A DNA stretch of 64,000 bases, from positions 1-64,000 of the forward strand of contig JAVQSZ010000006.1 in assembly GCA_033581555.1 (NCBI GenBank), in the 5' to 3' direction. Positions 47,085 through 56,609 of this stretch are shown piece after piece. The stretch comes from Nitrososphaerota archaeon. Lineage in GTDB: Archaea > Thermoproteota > Nitrososphaeria_A > Caldarchaeales > Calditenuaceae. How positions within the stretch are numbered: position 1 is the stretch's first letter; each line of letters opens with the position of its first letter. The notes below the pieces were generated by a model. The model worked only from the letters and a program-made list of their open reading frames with translations. It searched no databases and was not told the origin of the DNA. Made by a program: the position numbers and the translations under genes.

Positions 47085-48047
47085 ATGGAGGTCGCGATCT
47101 CCGCGAGAGGGCTCGTGAAGACGTACAGGGAGGGAGGGCTGCTGAGGAGGGGCATGGAGGTCAGGGCGCTGGACGGCCTCTCCTTCGAGGTCCGGTACGG
47201 AACGGTCTTCGGGCTGCTGGGGCCCAACGGCGCCGGCAAGACCACCACGGTCAGAATAGTCAGCACGCTCGTCCTCCCTGACGAGGGCGAGGTCACGGTC
47301 GCGGGGCACGACGCGATCAGGGAACCGAGGAGGGTGAGGGAGAGGATAGGCGTGGTCTTGGACCCCGACAAGGGCCACTTCCTCAGGCTGACGGCGCTCG
47401 AGAACCTCACGTTCTACGGGATGCTCCAGGGCCTCTCGAGGTCCGAGGCGAGGTCCAGGGGCCTGACGCTCCTGAGGGAGATGGAGCTCGAGGGCTCCGG
47501 TGACAGGCTGGTCGAGGGCTTCTCGAAGGGCATGAGGGCAAGGCTAGCGATCTGCAGGGCCCTGATCCACGACCCGGAGGTCCTGATCTTCGACGAGCCC
47601 ACGAGCGGGCTGGACCCGATCTCCGCGAGGGAGGTGAGGTCGATGTTGAGGAGGCTGGGGAGGGAGGGGAAGGCGGTGCTGGTCACCTCGCACAACCTCT
47701 GGGAGGTGGAACAGGTCTGCGACGAGGTCGCGGTCATCAACAAGGGGAGGCTGGTCGCGCTCGGGCCCCCTGCGGAGGTGAAGAGGGCCTTCGGGCTGAA
47801 GTGGTACGTGGAGCTGGAGGTGGAGGGGAACCTTGACCTCGACGGGCTCCCCTGGCAGGTCGAGGCCTCGGTGAGCGAGAGGGGGATCTCGGTCCTGAAG
47901 ATCGCCGTCGACGCTGACCCGGCCGAGCTGATACCCTCGATCGTCTCGGAGCTGAGGAGCAGGTCGGTAGTGGTTCGCTCCGTGACCGTCAGGGAGCCGA
48001 CGCTGGAGGAGGCCTTCGTGAGGGCGGTGGGGAGTGCGAGCGGCTAG
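47085..48047 (+). CDS. ABC transporter ATP-binding subunit
   Basis: GPNGAGKTT, FSKGM, FDEPT, TSH. Confidence 0.95.
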   Translation: MEVAISARGLVKTYREGGLLRRGMEVRALDGLSFEVRYGTVFGLLGPNGAGKTTTVRIVSTLVLPDEGEVTVAGHDAIREPRRVRERIGVVLDPDKGHFLRLTALENLTFYGMLQGLSRSEARSRGLTLLREMELEGSGDRLVEGFSKGMRARLAICRALIHDPEVLIFDEPTSGLDPISAREVRSMLRRLGREGKAVLVTSHNLWEVEQVCDEVAVINKGRLVALGPPAEVKRAFGLKWYVELEVEGNLDLDGLPWQVEASVSERGISVLKIAVDADPAELIPSIVSELRSRSVVVRSVTVREPTLEEAFVRAVGSASG

Positions 48048-48846
48048 GGCCCTCGGGCCCTTCCTCGCTGTCGTGGAGGCCGACTTGAAGACGATGACGA
48101 GGTCCGGGGAGCTCCCGCTGACGCTCCTGGTCATGGGGTCGTTTCAGGCGCTCTTCTTCGCGATCGGGTCTGCCCTGAGGAGGGAGGAGCAGGAGTTCGC
48201 GCGGCTCGCCGGCTACGGCGACTCGGTCCTCTACCAGGTCGCGGGGATGCCGATCCTCTTCCTGAGCATAGGGATGAGCTGGGCGATAGGTCAGTTCGTG
48301 ATCGAGCTGGGAAGGGGCGGAAAGCTCGAGCAGCTCCAGACTACCTACGCGGACTTCAGGGTCGTCGTGGCGGGAAGGTTCGTCATCATGACCCTGATGT
48401 CGCTCTTCTACTATGTAGCGGTCACCGTGCCTTTCATCCAGTTCAGGGCACCTGACGCGCTCCCTCGCTTCCTGCCCGCGATGCTGGTCCTGGTCCTGGG
48501 ACTGGTCCCGATCTTCCTCTTCGCGGTGGTGGTCTCAGTGATCGTGCTCCTCCTGAGGACCGAGGCTCTGATAGACCTGGTCTCCTCGATCGTCTACACC
48601 TTCACGGGCGTCGCCTACCCGATCACCGTGTTCCCCGCGGTCGTCCAGGCCCTGGCATCGCTGCTGCCCCAGACCCACGTCGCCGAGGTCGTGAGGGGGG
48701 TGGTCCTCCTGGGGATTCAGGAGCCCTCGAGGCTGTTGCCGTTCGCGGCGGTCTTGCTGGCCTACAGCGTCTTCTCCTATCTCCTCTACAGCAGGCTCGA
48801 GCGGAGCGTGAGGAGGGGTGGAAGGTATGAGGTCGTTACCGAGTGA
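48034..48846 (+). CDS. ABC-2 permease
   Basis: 6 TM helices, G.LEQ, GVAYP, PQTH. Confidence 0.85.
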   Translation: MRAARALGPFLAVVEADLKTMTRSGELPLTLLVMGSFQALFFAIGSALRREEQEFARLAGYGDSVLYQVAGMPILFLSIGMSWAIGQFVIELGRGGKLEQLQTTYADFRVVVAGRFVIMTLMSLFYYVAVTVPFIQFRAPDALPRFLPAMLVLVLGLVPIFLFAVVVSVIVLLLRTEALIDLVSSIVYTFTGVAYPITVFPAVVQALASLLPQTHVAEVVRGVVLLGIQEPSRLLPFAAVLLAYSVFSYLLYSRLERSVRRGGRYEVVTE

Positions 48847-49612
48847 GCTGAGGGCCTTCCTCTGGGCCTTCTCGATGACCAACAGGAGGTCGACGTGGAT
48901 GCTCGTCGGGATGGTCTCGTCTCCCGTCTGGGCGATCGGGATAGGCCTGACCTTCGCAATCCACTCGCCCTCCGTGATCTCCGACGGCTCCCAGGCCAGG
49001 GCCCTGGCGCTCGGCGCTGGCTACTTCGTCGTCGCCTCCACCGTTCTCTGGAACGTCGGCAGCTTCCTGGTCCAGGCGAGGGACGAGGGGACGCTCCACG
49101 CCTGCGTCCTCTCCAACGGCCGCCTCCCGGTCATGATGCTGTCCAGGGGATTGGTCTCCGCGCTCTTCACGGCTCCCGCGATGTCCGCGTCCTACGCTGC
49201 GATGTCGACGCTCCTAGGTTTCCCTCCGTCAACGGTCGACCCGATCGGGGCCCTCGCGGCGTTCCTCATGCTCCACCTGGCTCTAGTGGCGCTCTCGATG
49301 GCGGTCGGCGCGGTCTTCCTCAGGATCAGGCACGCGTGGGTCGTGATCAACGCGCTCCAGTTCGTCCTCCCGGCGACCTCCGGCATGATACCTCCGGAGC
49401 TCTTCCCCGAACAGTTCAGGTCCGTGGTCTCCCTCTCGCCCTTCGCCCACCCCTTCGAGGCCCTCAGGAGGTCCGTCGTGGGGACCGCTGCCCTCCCGCT
49501 GACCGGAGCGGAGCTCGTCCTGACCTCATCGGCCTCCGTCGCCTCGCTGCTCGCGCTGGGGCTACTGACGCTCGCGTTGACCGAGTGGTCCCTGAGGAGG
49601 AGGGCCTTGTGA
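48827..49612 (+). CDS. ABC-2 permease
   Basis: 6 TM helices, RDEGTL, SG..P, PFAH. Confidence 0.85.
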   Translation: MRSLPSELRAFLWAFSMTNRRSTWMLVGMVSSPVWAIGIGLTFAIHSPSVISDGSQARALALGAGYFVVASTVLWNVGSFLVQARDEGTLHACVLSNGRLPVMMLSRGLVSALFTAPAMSASYAAMSTLLGFPPSTVDPIGALAAFLMLHLALVALSMAVGAVFLRIRHAWVVINALQFVLPATSGMIPPELFPEQFRSVVSLSPFAHPFEALRRSVVGTAALPLTGAELVLTSSASVASLLALGLLTLALTEWSLRRRAL

Positions 49613-49671
49613 GAGTCAACCGCGTCCGGGCTCACGGGAAAGACAAATAGGGCAAGTAGCGGTCGACCTGC

Positions 49672-50571
49672 GTGGTCGGCCTCGCGTCCTTCGAGGGCGT
49701 GATAGCGGCAGCGTTGACGCCGTCTAGGGGTTATCTCGACAGACTCCCGGAGTACTACGAATTCCTCAGGAGGGCCGGCGTCAGGGGGTTCTTCGTCCTG
49801 GGGACGTGGGGAGAAGGCCCGAGGCACGGCGTCGAGCACCGGATGAGGGTCGCGGAGAAGGCGGTCGAGTCAATCAGGTCCGGAGAGCTCGCGATCGTCC
49901 ACGTGGGGTCCTCCGACATGGACACGGTCACGGCGCTCCTCAGGCACGCGAACGACATAGGAGCCTCCGCAGCGGCCGCGATAGCGCCCTTCTACTACAG
50001 GCCCGACGCCGAGACCCTGACGAGGTACTACCGGAGGCTCGCGGAGACCTCGGGGATACCGGTGCTCCTCTACAACATCCCCTCGAGGCAGGGCTACTCC
50101 GTAGCGCCGGGGACGTTGGCCTCGATCCTGGAAGAGGTCGGGAACGTCCAGGGCATCAAGGACAGCAGCGGCGACCCGGCGATCGCGGTCTCCCTCGTGA
50201 GGAGGTTCAGGGGGAGGAGGATGGTCGCGATCGGTGCCGACGAGCTGATGTACTTCGCGTTCGTCATCGGTGCGAGGTGCGTCGTCAGCGGGATCTCCTC
50301 GGTCTTCCCCGAGCTCGCGGTCGAGCTGCACGGCGCTGTGAAGCGGGGCGACGCGGCGAAGGCCCTTGAGCTCCAGGAGCTGATCAACGAGGCCTCGAAC
50401 CTCCTCGAATCGGGTCTCGAGATGGAGACGCAGAGGTCCGCGCTCAGGCTCAGGGGGATCGACATAGGGCCGTCTCCGGAGCCGGTGAGGCCGCTGAGGG
50501 AGGAGGAGCTCTCGAGGCTTAGGGCCGGAGTCGAATCGATACTGGAGAGGGTCGGCCGCGACCCATTTTAG
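49672..50571 (+). CDS. DHDPS/KDG-aldolase family class I aldolase
   Basis: GTWGE, PFYY, YNIP, GIKDSS. Confidence 0.9.
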   Translation: MVGLASFEGVIAAALTPSRGYLDRLPEYYEFLRRAGVRGFFVLGTWGEGPRHGVEHRMRVAEKAVESIRSGELAIVHVGSSDMDTVTALLRHANDIGASAAAAIAPFYYRPDAETLTRYYRRLAETSGIPVLLYNIPSRQGYSVAPGTLASILEEVGNVQGIKDSSGDPAIAVSLVRRFRGRRMVAIGADELMYFAFVIGARCVVSGISSVFPELAVELHGAVKRGDAAKALELQELINEASNLLESGLEMETQRSALRLRGIDIGPSPEPVRPLREEELSRLRAGVESILERVGRDPF

Positions 50572-50593
50572 CAGGCCCGAGGGCCTGGACGGC

Positions 50594-51175
50594 GTGGCGG
50601 GGGCGAAGTTGGTCGTCCTGATCAGCGGACAGGCTGCCACCGGGAAGAGCACCCTCGGCAGGGCCCTCGCGAGGAGGCTCGGCGTCAGGTACTACTCGGG
50701 CGGGGACGCGCTGATGAGGCTGGCGAGGAGGATGGGCTACGACGCGAAGGGGAGGAAGTGGTGGGACACGCCCGAAGGGATGAAGTTCCTCGCGGAGAGG
50801 GAGGCGAACTTCGATTTCGACAAGATGGTCGACCAGGAGCTGATGAGGATCGCGGAGGAGCGGCCCGCGGTCATCGACAGCTGGGTCCTGCCCTGGCTGA
50901 TGGACGAGGGCTACAAGATCTGGCTGAAGGCCTCGTTGGAGGTGAGGGCCAAGAGGCTCGCGAAGAGGGGCAGGATGTCCTACGAGGAGGCGCAGAGGGT
51001 GCTGAGGGAGAGGGAGGAGAGGAACAGGGCGCTATACCGGGAGATCTACGGGATAAGGTGGGGGGAGGACCTCGAGCCTTTCCACCTGGTCCTCGACACC
51101 TCCTCCCTCTCGAAGGATGACGTGTTGAGGATCGCGCTGACCGCTGTCAGGTCCTACATCAGGTCGACCCGGTGA
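50594..51175 (+). CDS. cmk: Cytidylate kinase (archaeal type)
   Basis: ISGQAATGKST, DKMVD, KIWLKAS..RA.R, Y..IYGI, LDTS. Confidence 0.9.
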   Translation: MAGAKLVVLISGQAATGKSTLGRALARRLGVRYYSGGDALMRLARRMGYDAKGRKWWDTPEGMKFLAEREANFDFDKMVDQELMRIAEERPAVIDSWVLPWLMDEGYKIWLKASLEVRAKRLAKRGRMSYEEAQRVLREREERNRALYREIYGIRWGEDLEPFHLVLDTSSLSKDDVLRIALTAVRSYIRSTR

Positions 51176-51446
51176 CCTCTGAGCCCCACTCCGCCACGAC
51201 CGCCTCCTCTATCCTCCTCTCGAGGCATTCGTGGCAGACGTTGCCTCCGTGGTACCTCGATACCCTCTTCTGGGACTTCGGGACCGGCCTCACGTCGTCC
51301 CTGGGCACTCCGGCAATCGGCCTGCCGCAACTCCCGCACCTCCTCGGGTTCGGCCTCTCGGGCTCGTAATGGACCGCGGTCCTCCCCGAAGGCGTCCTCA
51401 CCTTCACCCTCCTGATCGACCTCGTCCGGAGGGCCCTCGTCGGCAT
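51159..51446 (-). CDS. rpl34e: 50S ribosomal protein L34e
   Basis: RTPSG, CGSCG, KSQKRVSRYHGGNVCHEC. Confidence 0.95.
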   Translation of the reverse strand: MPTRALRTRSIRRVKVRTPSGRTAVHYEPERPNPRRCGSCGRPIAGVPRDDVRPVPKSQKRVSRYHGGNVCHECLERRIEEAVVAEWGSEVTGST

Positions 51447-51482
51447 CTCCCCTCGGGTTGCCGTCGGACGCGGCCGCCTAAT

Positions 51483-52715
51483 TTACCTGCGTACGTCCCT
51501 GAAGAGACCCGTCCTCTGCGAGAGCAGCGGCAGCGGCGCGAGGGAAGCGGCAAGCCCCAGCAGTCCGAGCTGGAGGAAGCCCTGGGAGGTGATCACCGCG
51601 CCGCCGAGAAGGGGCAGGGCAAGCGAGCTGAGGCCCATGAACACGTCGTTGAGGCCGAAGTACCTGCCCCTCACGCTCAGCGGGACCAGCTCCGATATCA
51701 GCGCCGTCGAGGAGACGACTACAGCGCTCCACCCCAGCCCAATGAGGAACATTCCCAGGTCCACGACCAAGTGGTCCGTCGTGAGGGGTATCGCGATCGA
51801 TCCGAGCCCCGAGACTACTAGCCCCGCGGCCAACACCGGCCTCCTGCCCACGGAGTCCGAGAGTCGGCCCAGCAGCGTCGAGAACCCGAACATTCCTATC
51901 ACGTGTACGGTCACTGCCAGTGAGACCAGCGTCTGGGAGTACCCGAGGTCGAAGAGGTACAGCGAGGAGAGGCCCATCATCATGACCATGTTGCCCTGCG
52001 AGGCCGCGGACGAGAGGAAGACCGCGACCAGCGGCAGCAGGTTGACCGAGCCCTGACCGCCAGACGAACCGCCGTTCGTGCCCGAGGATTCGTCGCATCC
52101 CCCCTCGATCGACCGGGCTATCTCCCTCGGGTCGACCCTCATGCCGAGGACGAGCGGGAGGCAGAGGAGGACGAGGGCCCCGCAGACCAGCCAGACGAAC
52201 GCATAGGGCCTCAGCGAGGTCGCACCCTCCAGGGACTCCCCGACCCACGTGATCGCCGGGGCAGCCAGGCTGCCGACGACGCTAGCCGTGTAGAGTACCC
52301 CGACCGCATAGGCCCTCCGGTGAGGCGGGAACATGTCGGCCATCGCGACCCTGTTCTGCATCGCTATTCCCGCTCCGATTCCGAAGGCTCCCAAGCCCAG
52401 GACCATCAGCATGGGTTCACCTGTCAGCGCGGCCCAGGTGACTACCAGAGTCCCGAGGAACGCGGGGAGCGTCCCCGCCGCGAGCACCTTCCTCCTGCCG
52501 AGCCTGTCCATTAAGACGCCCGACTGGACGACCACCGAGAGCCTCCCTCCCCAGGTGATCGCGGAGACCAGGCCGGAGAGGACCGGAGACCTAGTCATCT
52601 CGAACATCGCGAGAGGGCCCAGCGAGACCACCGACTGGATCGCGAGGGAAGTTATCGCCTGGTGCGCCATCAGTATCCTGGAATTCCGCCTCACCTCCAC
52701 ATCGAGCGGGTCCAA
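51483..52715 (-). CDS. MFS transporter
   Basis: About 12 TM helices; G.LMDRLGRR and GRLSDSVGRR motif A. Confidence 0.92.
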   Translation of the reverse strand: MDPLDVEVRRNSRILMAHQAITSLAIQSVVSLGPLAMFEMTRSPVLSGLVSAITWGGRLSVVVQSGVLMDRLGRRKVLAAGTLPAFLGTLVVTWAALTGEPMLMVLGLGAFGIGAGIAMQNRVAMADMFPPHRRAYAVGVLYTASVVGSLAAPAITWVGESLEGATSLRPYAFVWLVCGALVLLCLPLVLGMRVDPREIARSIEGGCDESSGTNGGSSGGQGSVNLLPLVAVFLSSAASQGNMVMMMGLSSLYLFDLGYSQTLVSLAVTVHVIGMFGFSTLLGRLSDSVGRRPVLAAGLVVSGLGSIAIPLTTDHLVVDLGMFLIGLGWSAVVVSSTALISELVPLSVRGRYFGLNDVFMGLSSLALPLLGGAVITSQGFLQLGLLGLAASLAPLPLLSQRTGLFRDVRR

Positions 52716-52774
52716 TACCTCGAGCAGCGAGACCGACTCCCGATAAGTCTAACCTCGGGCCCCTGGAGGCCCCG

Positions 52775-53263
52775 TCAACCGGGCCTCTTGGCCGGAGGGC
52801 GCTGCTCCAGGACCGGCATCGGGTTGATGACCCTGTTGAGCAGGGTGCCGAAGGCCAGGGCCGTGAGGAAATACCACCCGAACCAGGTCATGCCGCCCTC
52901 GGCGGTGAGCAGGGGGACCGCGAAGCCCTCAGGGACCCTCAGGACCCTGACATCGCCGTAGTGGCCCGCGGCCCAGCTGAAGAACCCCAGGTAGAGCGCC
53001 ATCGTCGCGAACATCAGCGCGAGGTTCTTCCCCATCAGCCTCCCCTGGACCCTCTGGTAGTAGTCCTTCTGCTTCTCGAGCCTGCTCAGGGCCTTCGAGT
53101 CCTTCTCCCTCACCGCCCTCAACATCTCCCTCTGGAACCTCTGCGCCTCGGCCATCAGCATCATGTCCTCCTTGGAGAAGGTGAACCTCCTGAGGAGCGA
53201 GGAGGCCAGCGAGAGCCCGAACGAGAGGAGCGCGATCTCGACCGCCTGGGCAGTGAGGGACAT
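52775..53263 (-). CDS. EMC3/TMCO1 (DUF106) Oxa1-superfamily insertase
   Basis: TM-coiled coil-TM-TM layout, WFGWYFL; follows secY. Confidence 0.88.
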   Translation of the reverse strand: MSLTAQAVEIALLSFGLSLASSLLRRFTFSKEDMMLMAEAQRFQREMLRAVREKDSKALSRLEKQKDYYQRVQGRLMGKNLALMFATMALYLGFFSWAAGHYGDVRVLRVPEGFAVPLLTAEGGMTWFGWYFLTALAFGTLLNRVINPMPVLEQRPPAKRPG

Positions 53264-54711
53264 CAGGCCTCACCGAGGACCCTCGAGATGGCCGGGTACA
53301 TCTCGACGATCCTCTCCCTCAGGAGCAGCGTGTAGTACTGGTAGAGGATTCCGATCATCAGCAGGAGGCCGGTCCCGGTACCGAAGGCGTTGACGTAGCC
53401 GGCTGCGCTCGCCAGGAGCCCGACGATGACCGACCCGATGATCGTGACGACGTCGATGTACCTCCTGATGATCGCGGCCACAACGGTCGGCGCCCTCCTG
53501 AACCCCGGCACCTGCATCCCGGAGCTGATCAGCTGCTCCGCGATCTTCTCCGGCGAGAGGCCCGCGACCGCGATCCAGAACTTGCCCAGCGCGACGCAGG
53601 TCCCTACCATCAGCAGCACGAAGACGACGGACCTGACGGGGTCGGCGACGGCGTCGGTGTACGACGTCGGGCCCATCACGTAGTACGCGAGGCCTCCGGT
53701 GGGCACGGGCTGCTGACCCTCCTCCGGGATCCTGAAGGTCCCGAGCAGGTTGAGGAGCTGGTTCTCGTTGTTCGGGTTGAACCTCGACCAGACGATCGAG
53801 GCGATGTAGTAGACGTTGGTGAAGACCGTCGATGCCAAGATGACCGGGACGTTCGAGACGTAGAGCAGCTTCACCGGATAGGTCCCCCTGTAACCCGCTG
53901 CCCTCGAGTGCGCCACCGGGATCTCGACCCTGACGCCTTCGGCGTAGATCAGGATGCCTATGATCGCGACCGTGGAGATCAGCCCCAGGAGGTCGCCCCT
54001 CCCACCCACCTGCCTGACGAAGACGTCGCCGATCGGCTTCCCCTCGACGATCGCCTGACCGAGCGCGAGGAAGACGCCGTGGTAGTAGCCGTCCTGGAGG
54101 ACGAAGGGCGAGAAGAGGTCGTTGAAGATCTGGCCCGCGACTCCGGCCGCGATGAAGAGGGATATTCCGCTCCCGAGGCCCCACTTCTGGACGGTCTCGT
54201 CGAGGAGCATGATGATGAACGTGGCCAGGACCAGCTGGGCGAAGAGCAGGGGCGCGACCCGGGGCTCGACGTTCCCGAAGAAACCCGCGTAGACGTAGAC
54301 CGCACCCTGGAAGAGCGCGATCACCAGCGTCAGGAGCCTGCTCGCGGCGGTGAAGAGCCTCCTGTCCTCGGGCTTCTTGAGGTCCAGTCTGATGATCTCC
54401 GCTCCGACCAGTAGCTGCAGAATCAGGCCAGCGGTCACTATCGGGCCGATCCCTAGGGTCGTGAGGGTCCCAACGCTCGAGGCGAAGATGATGTTGAGGA
54501 GTGTGGGGCTCACGCCGCCGGTGAACTCCTGCGGGAGGCCGTAGAGCGTGACCGAGGACATCGACTCGTAGATCACGAGCGCGAGGGCCGACCAGATCAA
54601 CTTCTGGCCCAGGGAGAGCTTCTTGCCGGGCTTCCTCACCTCGGGTATTCCCTTAGAGATCGCCTCGAAGGCCCTCCTGAAGCCGGTAGCCTCCTCGGAC
54701 AACTCAGCCAC
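53263..54711 (-). CDS. secY: Preprotein translocase SecY
   Basis: LGIGPIVTAG, GLGSGISLFI, YVSNVP, PGFR, GTGLLL. Confidence 0.97.
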   Translation of the reverse strand: MAELSEEATGFRRAFEAISKGIPEVRKPGKKLSLGQKLIWSALALVIYESMSSVTLYGLPQEFTGGVSPTLLNIIFASSVGTLTTLGIGPIVTAGLILQLLVGAEIIRLDLKKPEDRRLFTAASRLLTLVIALFQGAVYVYAGFFGNVEPRVAPLLFAQLVLATFIIMLLDETVQKWGLGSGISLFIAAGVAGQIFNDLFSPFVLQDGYYHGVFLALGQAIVEGKPIGDVFVRQVGGRGDLLGLISTVAIIGILIYAEGVRVEIPVAHSRAAGYRGTYPVKLLYVSNVPVILASTVFTNVYYIASIVWSRFNPNNENQLLNLLGTFRIPEEGQQPVPTGGLAYYVMGPTSYTDAVADPVRSVVFVLLMVGTCVALGKFWIAVAGLSPEKIAEQLISSGMQVPGFRRAPTVVAAIIRRYIDVVTIIGSVIVGLLASAAGYVNAFGTGTGLLLMIGILYQYYTLLLRERIVEMYPAISRVLGEA

Positions 54712-55153
54712 CCGTCACCGCGGACCCCGCTTCAGCCAGCTTCCTCGCGGCCGACTCGGTCCACCTGTCGACCACGACCTTCAGCCCCCTCACCGAGAGG
54801 ACGCCCGACCCGATCAGCTTGTCGTAACCCATCGACCTCAGGTCGACCAGGAGCTTCCCGTCCTCGGTCCTCTTCCCGTTCCCCTCCCTCGTCAAGCGCT
54901 CGGCGATCGCGGAGAGCTCGGTCAGCGTCGCGACCCTGAGCTCCTTCCTCGTCGGCGGGACGAAGCCCTTCTCGCCGAAGTGGTCGGGCGCGTACTTGAC
55001 CGTGTAGGTCCACTTGTGCTTGTGCATCCCCGCGTGCCCTCTTCCTCCCTTCGCGCCGTGCTTCCTGTGCTGGCCTATCTGGCCCCAACCGACCGTCCTG
55101 GAGCCCCTCAGCTTCCTGATCTTCCTGAACCTCGTCGGCAACTTCGCCCCCAT
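54704..55153 (-). CDS. rpl15: 50S ribosomal protein uL15
   Basis: RGSRTVGWG, GGRG.AG..KHK, FGEKGF, KLIGSG. Confidence 0.95.
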   Translation of the reverse strand: MGAKLPTRFRKIRKLRGSRTVGWGQIGQHRKHGAKGGRGHAGMHKHKWTYTVKYAPDHFGEKGFVPPTRKELRVATLTELSAIAERLTREGNGKRTEDGKLLVDLRSMGYDKLIGSGVLSVRGLKVVVDRWTESAARKLAEAGSAVTGG

Positions 55154-55349
55154 TCAGTCCCCGTTCGCTATTAAGGTCTTCCCGGAAAGGCGGCTCGTAG
55201 ACCTTCTCGTCCCCTGCTGACTCGGACGGCTTCTCAGTCCGTCGGGCAGGGCTCTCCAGACCATCGGGTTATCGGGTTACGCCGATCGAGCCTTTCCGAC
55301 CTAGGTCGGAGTTCCCTTTATCGCCGGCACGTCGGTTGACCTCCCCGGC

Positions 55350-55883
55350 ATGTCGTCGAGGAGGAGGGTCCAGGTACTAGTCGTCGGCTACAACAGAGAT
55401 ACCTGCACCGAGAGGGCGGCGGAGCTCGCGTACAGGGTCGGAAGGGAGGTCGCGAAGAGGGGAGCGGTCCTCGTGACCGGAGGGCTCGGGGGCGTGATGG
55501 AGGCCGCGAGCAGGGGAGCGAGCGAGGCCGGAGGCCTGGTCCTCGGGATCATACCGCAGAAGGAGATGAGGGAGGCGAACCCTTACTGCGACGTCGTCGT
55601 CGCGACAGGGATGGGCCACCTCCGGAACTTCCTGAACGTCTACTCCTCGGACGGCGTGATCGTCGTGGGCGGCGGCGCGGGGACGCTAACCGAGGTCGCA
55701 GCGGCCTACATCGAGGGCAAGCCGATCGTCACGGTGAAGGGGAGCGGAGGCGTCGCCGACGAGATCGCGGACAGGTACCTCGACGAGCGGAGGACCGTGC
55801 TGATCAGGTCCGCCGCGACCCCGGAGGAAGCGGTCGAACTCCTGATCGGCCTGATAAGGGAGAGGCTGGGCCTCAGGAGTTGA
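55350..55883 (+). CDS. TIGR00725 LOG/SLOG-family protein
   Basis: TGGLGGVMEA, TGMG..RN, GGGAGTL.E. Confidence 0.9.
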   Translation: MSSRRRVQVLVVGYNRDTCTERAAELAYRVGREVAKRGAVLVTGGLGGVMEAASRGASEAGGLVLGIIPQKEMREANPYCDVVVATGMGHLRNFLNVYSSDGVIVVGGGAGTLTEVAAAYIEGKPIVTVKGSGGVADEIADRYLDERRTVLIRSAATPEEAVELLIGLIRERLGLRS

Positions 55884-55934
55884 CGGCGCAGGTATTTACC
55901 GAGGGCCCGACCTTCCTACCTTCAGGTGAACCTG

Positions 55935-56609
55935 ATGTCCCCCAGGTCCAGGAGGGGGCTCGGCAGGACGATAATGCTCGGGGCCTTGGGCGTCTCGGTT
56001 GGACTCGCGGTCGCGATCGTGGTGCTCGCTTTCCTTCCGTCGACGCCGATTATCGGCCCAAGGGGCTACGAGCCGACGATCAAAATCACCGGGGGTAAGC
56101 TGGCGCCGCTCGAGCTGACCGACAAGAACGGCCAGAGGTTCACGCTCGAGATGGTCAAGGGGAAGCCGGTCTTCATCTACTTCGGGTACACCAACTGCCC
56201 CGACGTCTGCCCGATCGTGCTCCAGAAGTTCAAGAAGACGATCGAGGTGCTGGGGAGGGACGCGGACAGAATGGCCTTCATCTTCGTCTCGGTCGACCCA
56301 TGGAGGGACACACCCGAGGCGATGAAGGAGTACGTCGACAGGTACTTCCACCCGAAGATCATCGCTCTGACAGGGACCGAGGCGGAGATCACGAAGGTCA
56401 TCCTCGACTACAAGATCCCGGTCTTCTACACCGACGAGAGGGGGAACCCGGTCGACCCGACGAAGCTCCCACCAGGCTCGAGGTACTTCGTGAACCACTT
56501 CAGCTGGGTCCTAGGCGCCGACAGGAACCATCAGCTCTTACTGGCTCTTACGCCCGAGATGGAGGACAGGGAGTACATCGAGGCCGCGAGGTACCTGCTC
56601 TCGAGATGA
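55935..56609 (+). CDS. SCO1/SenC copper chaperone
   Basis: TM anchor, FGYTNCPDVCP, VDP.RD, NH. Confidence 0.93.
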   Translation: MSPRSRRGLGRTIMLGALGVSVGLAVAIVVLAFLPSTPIIGPRGYEPTIKITGGKLAPLELTDKNGQRFTLEMVKGKPVFIYFGYTNCPDVCPIVLQKFKKTIEVLGRDADRMAFIFVSVDPWRDTPEAMKEYVDRYFHPKIIALTGTEAEITKVILDYKIPVFYTDERGNPVDPTKLPPGSRYFVNHFSWVLGADRNHQLLLALTPEMEDREYIEAARYLLSR

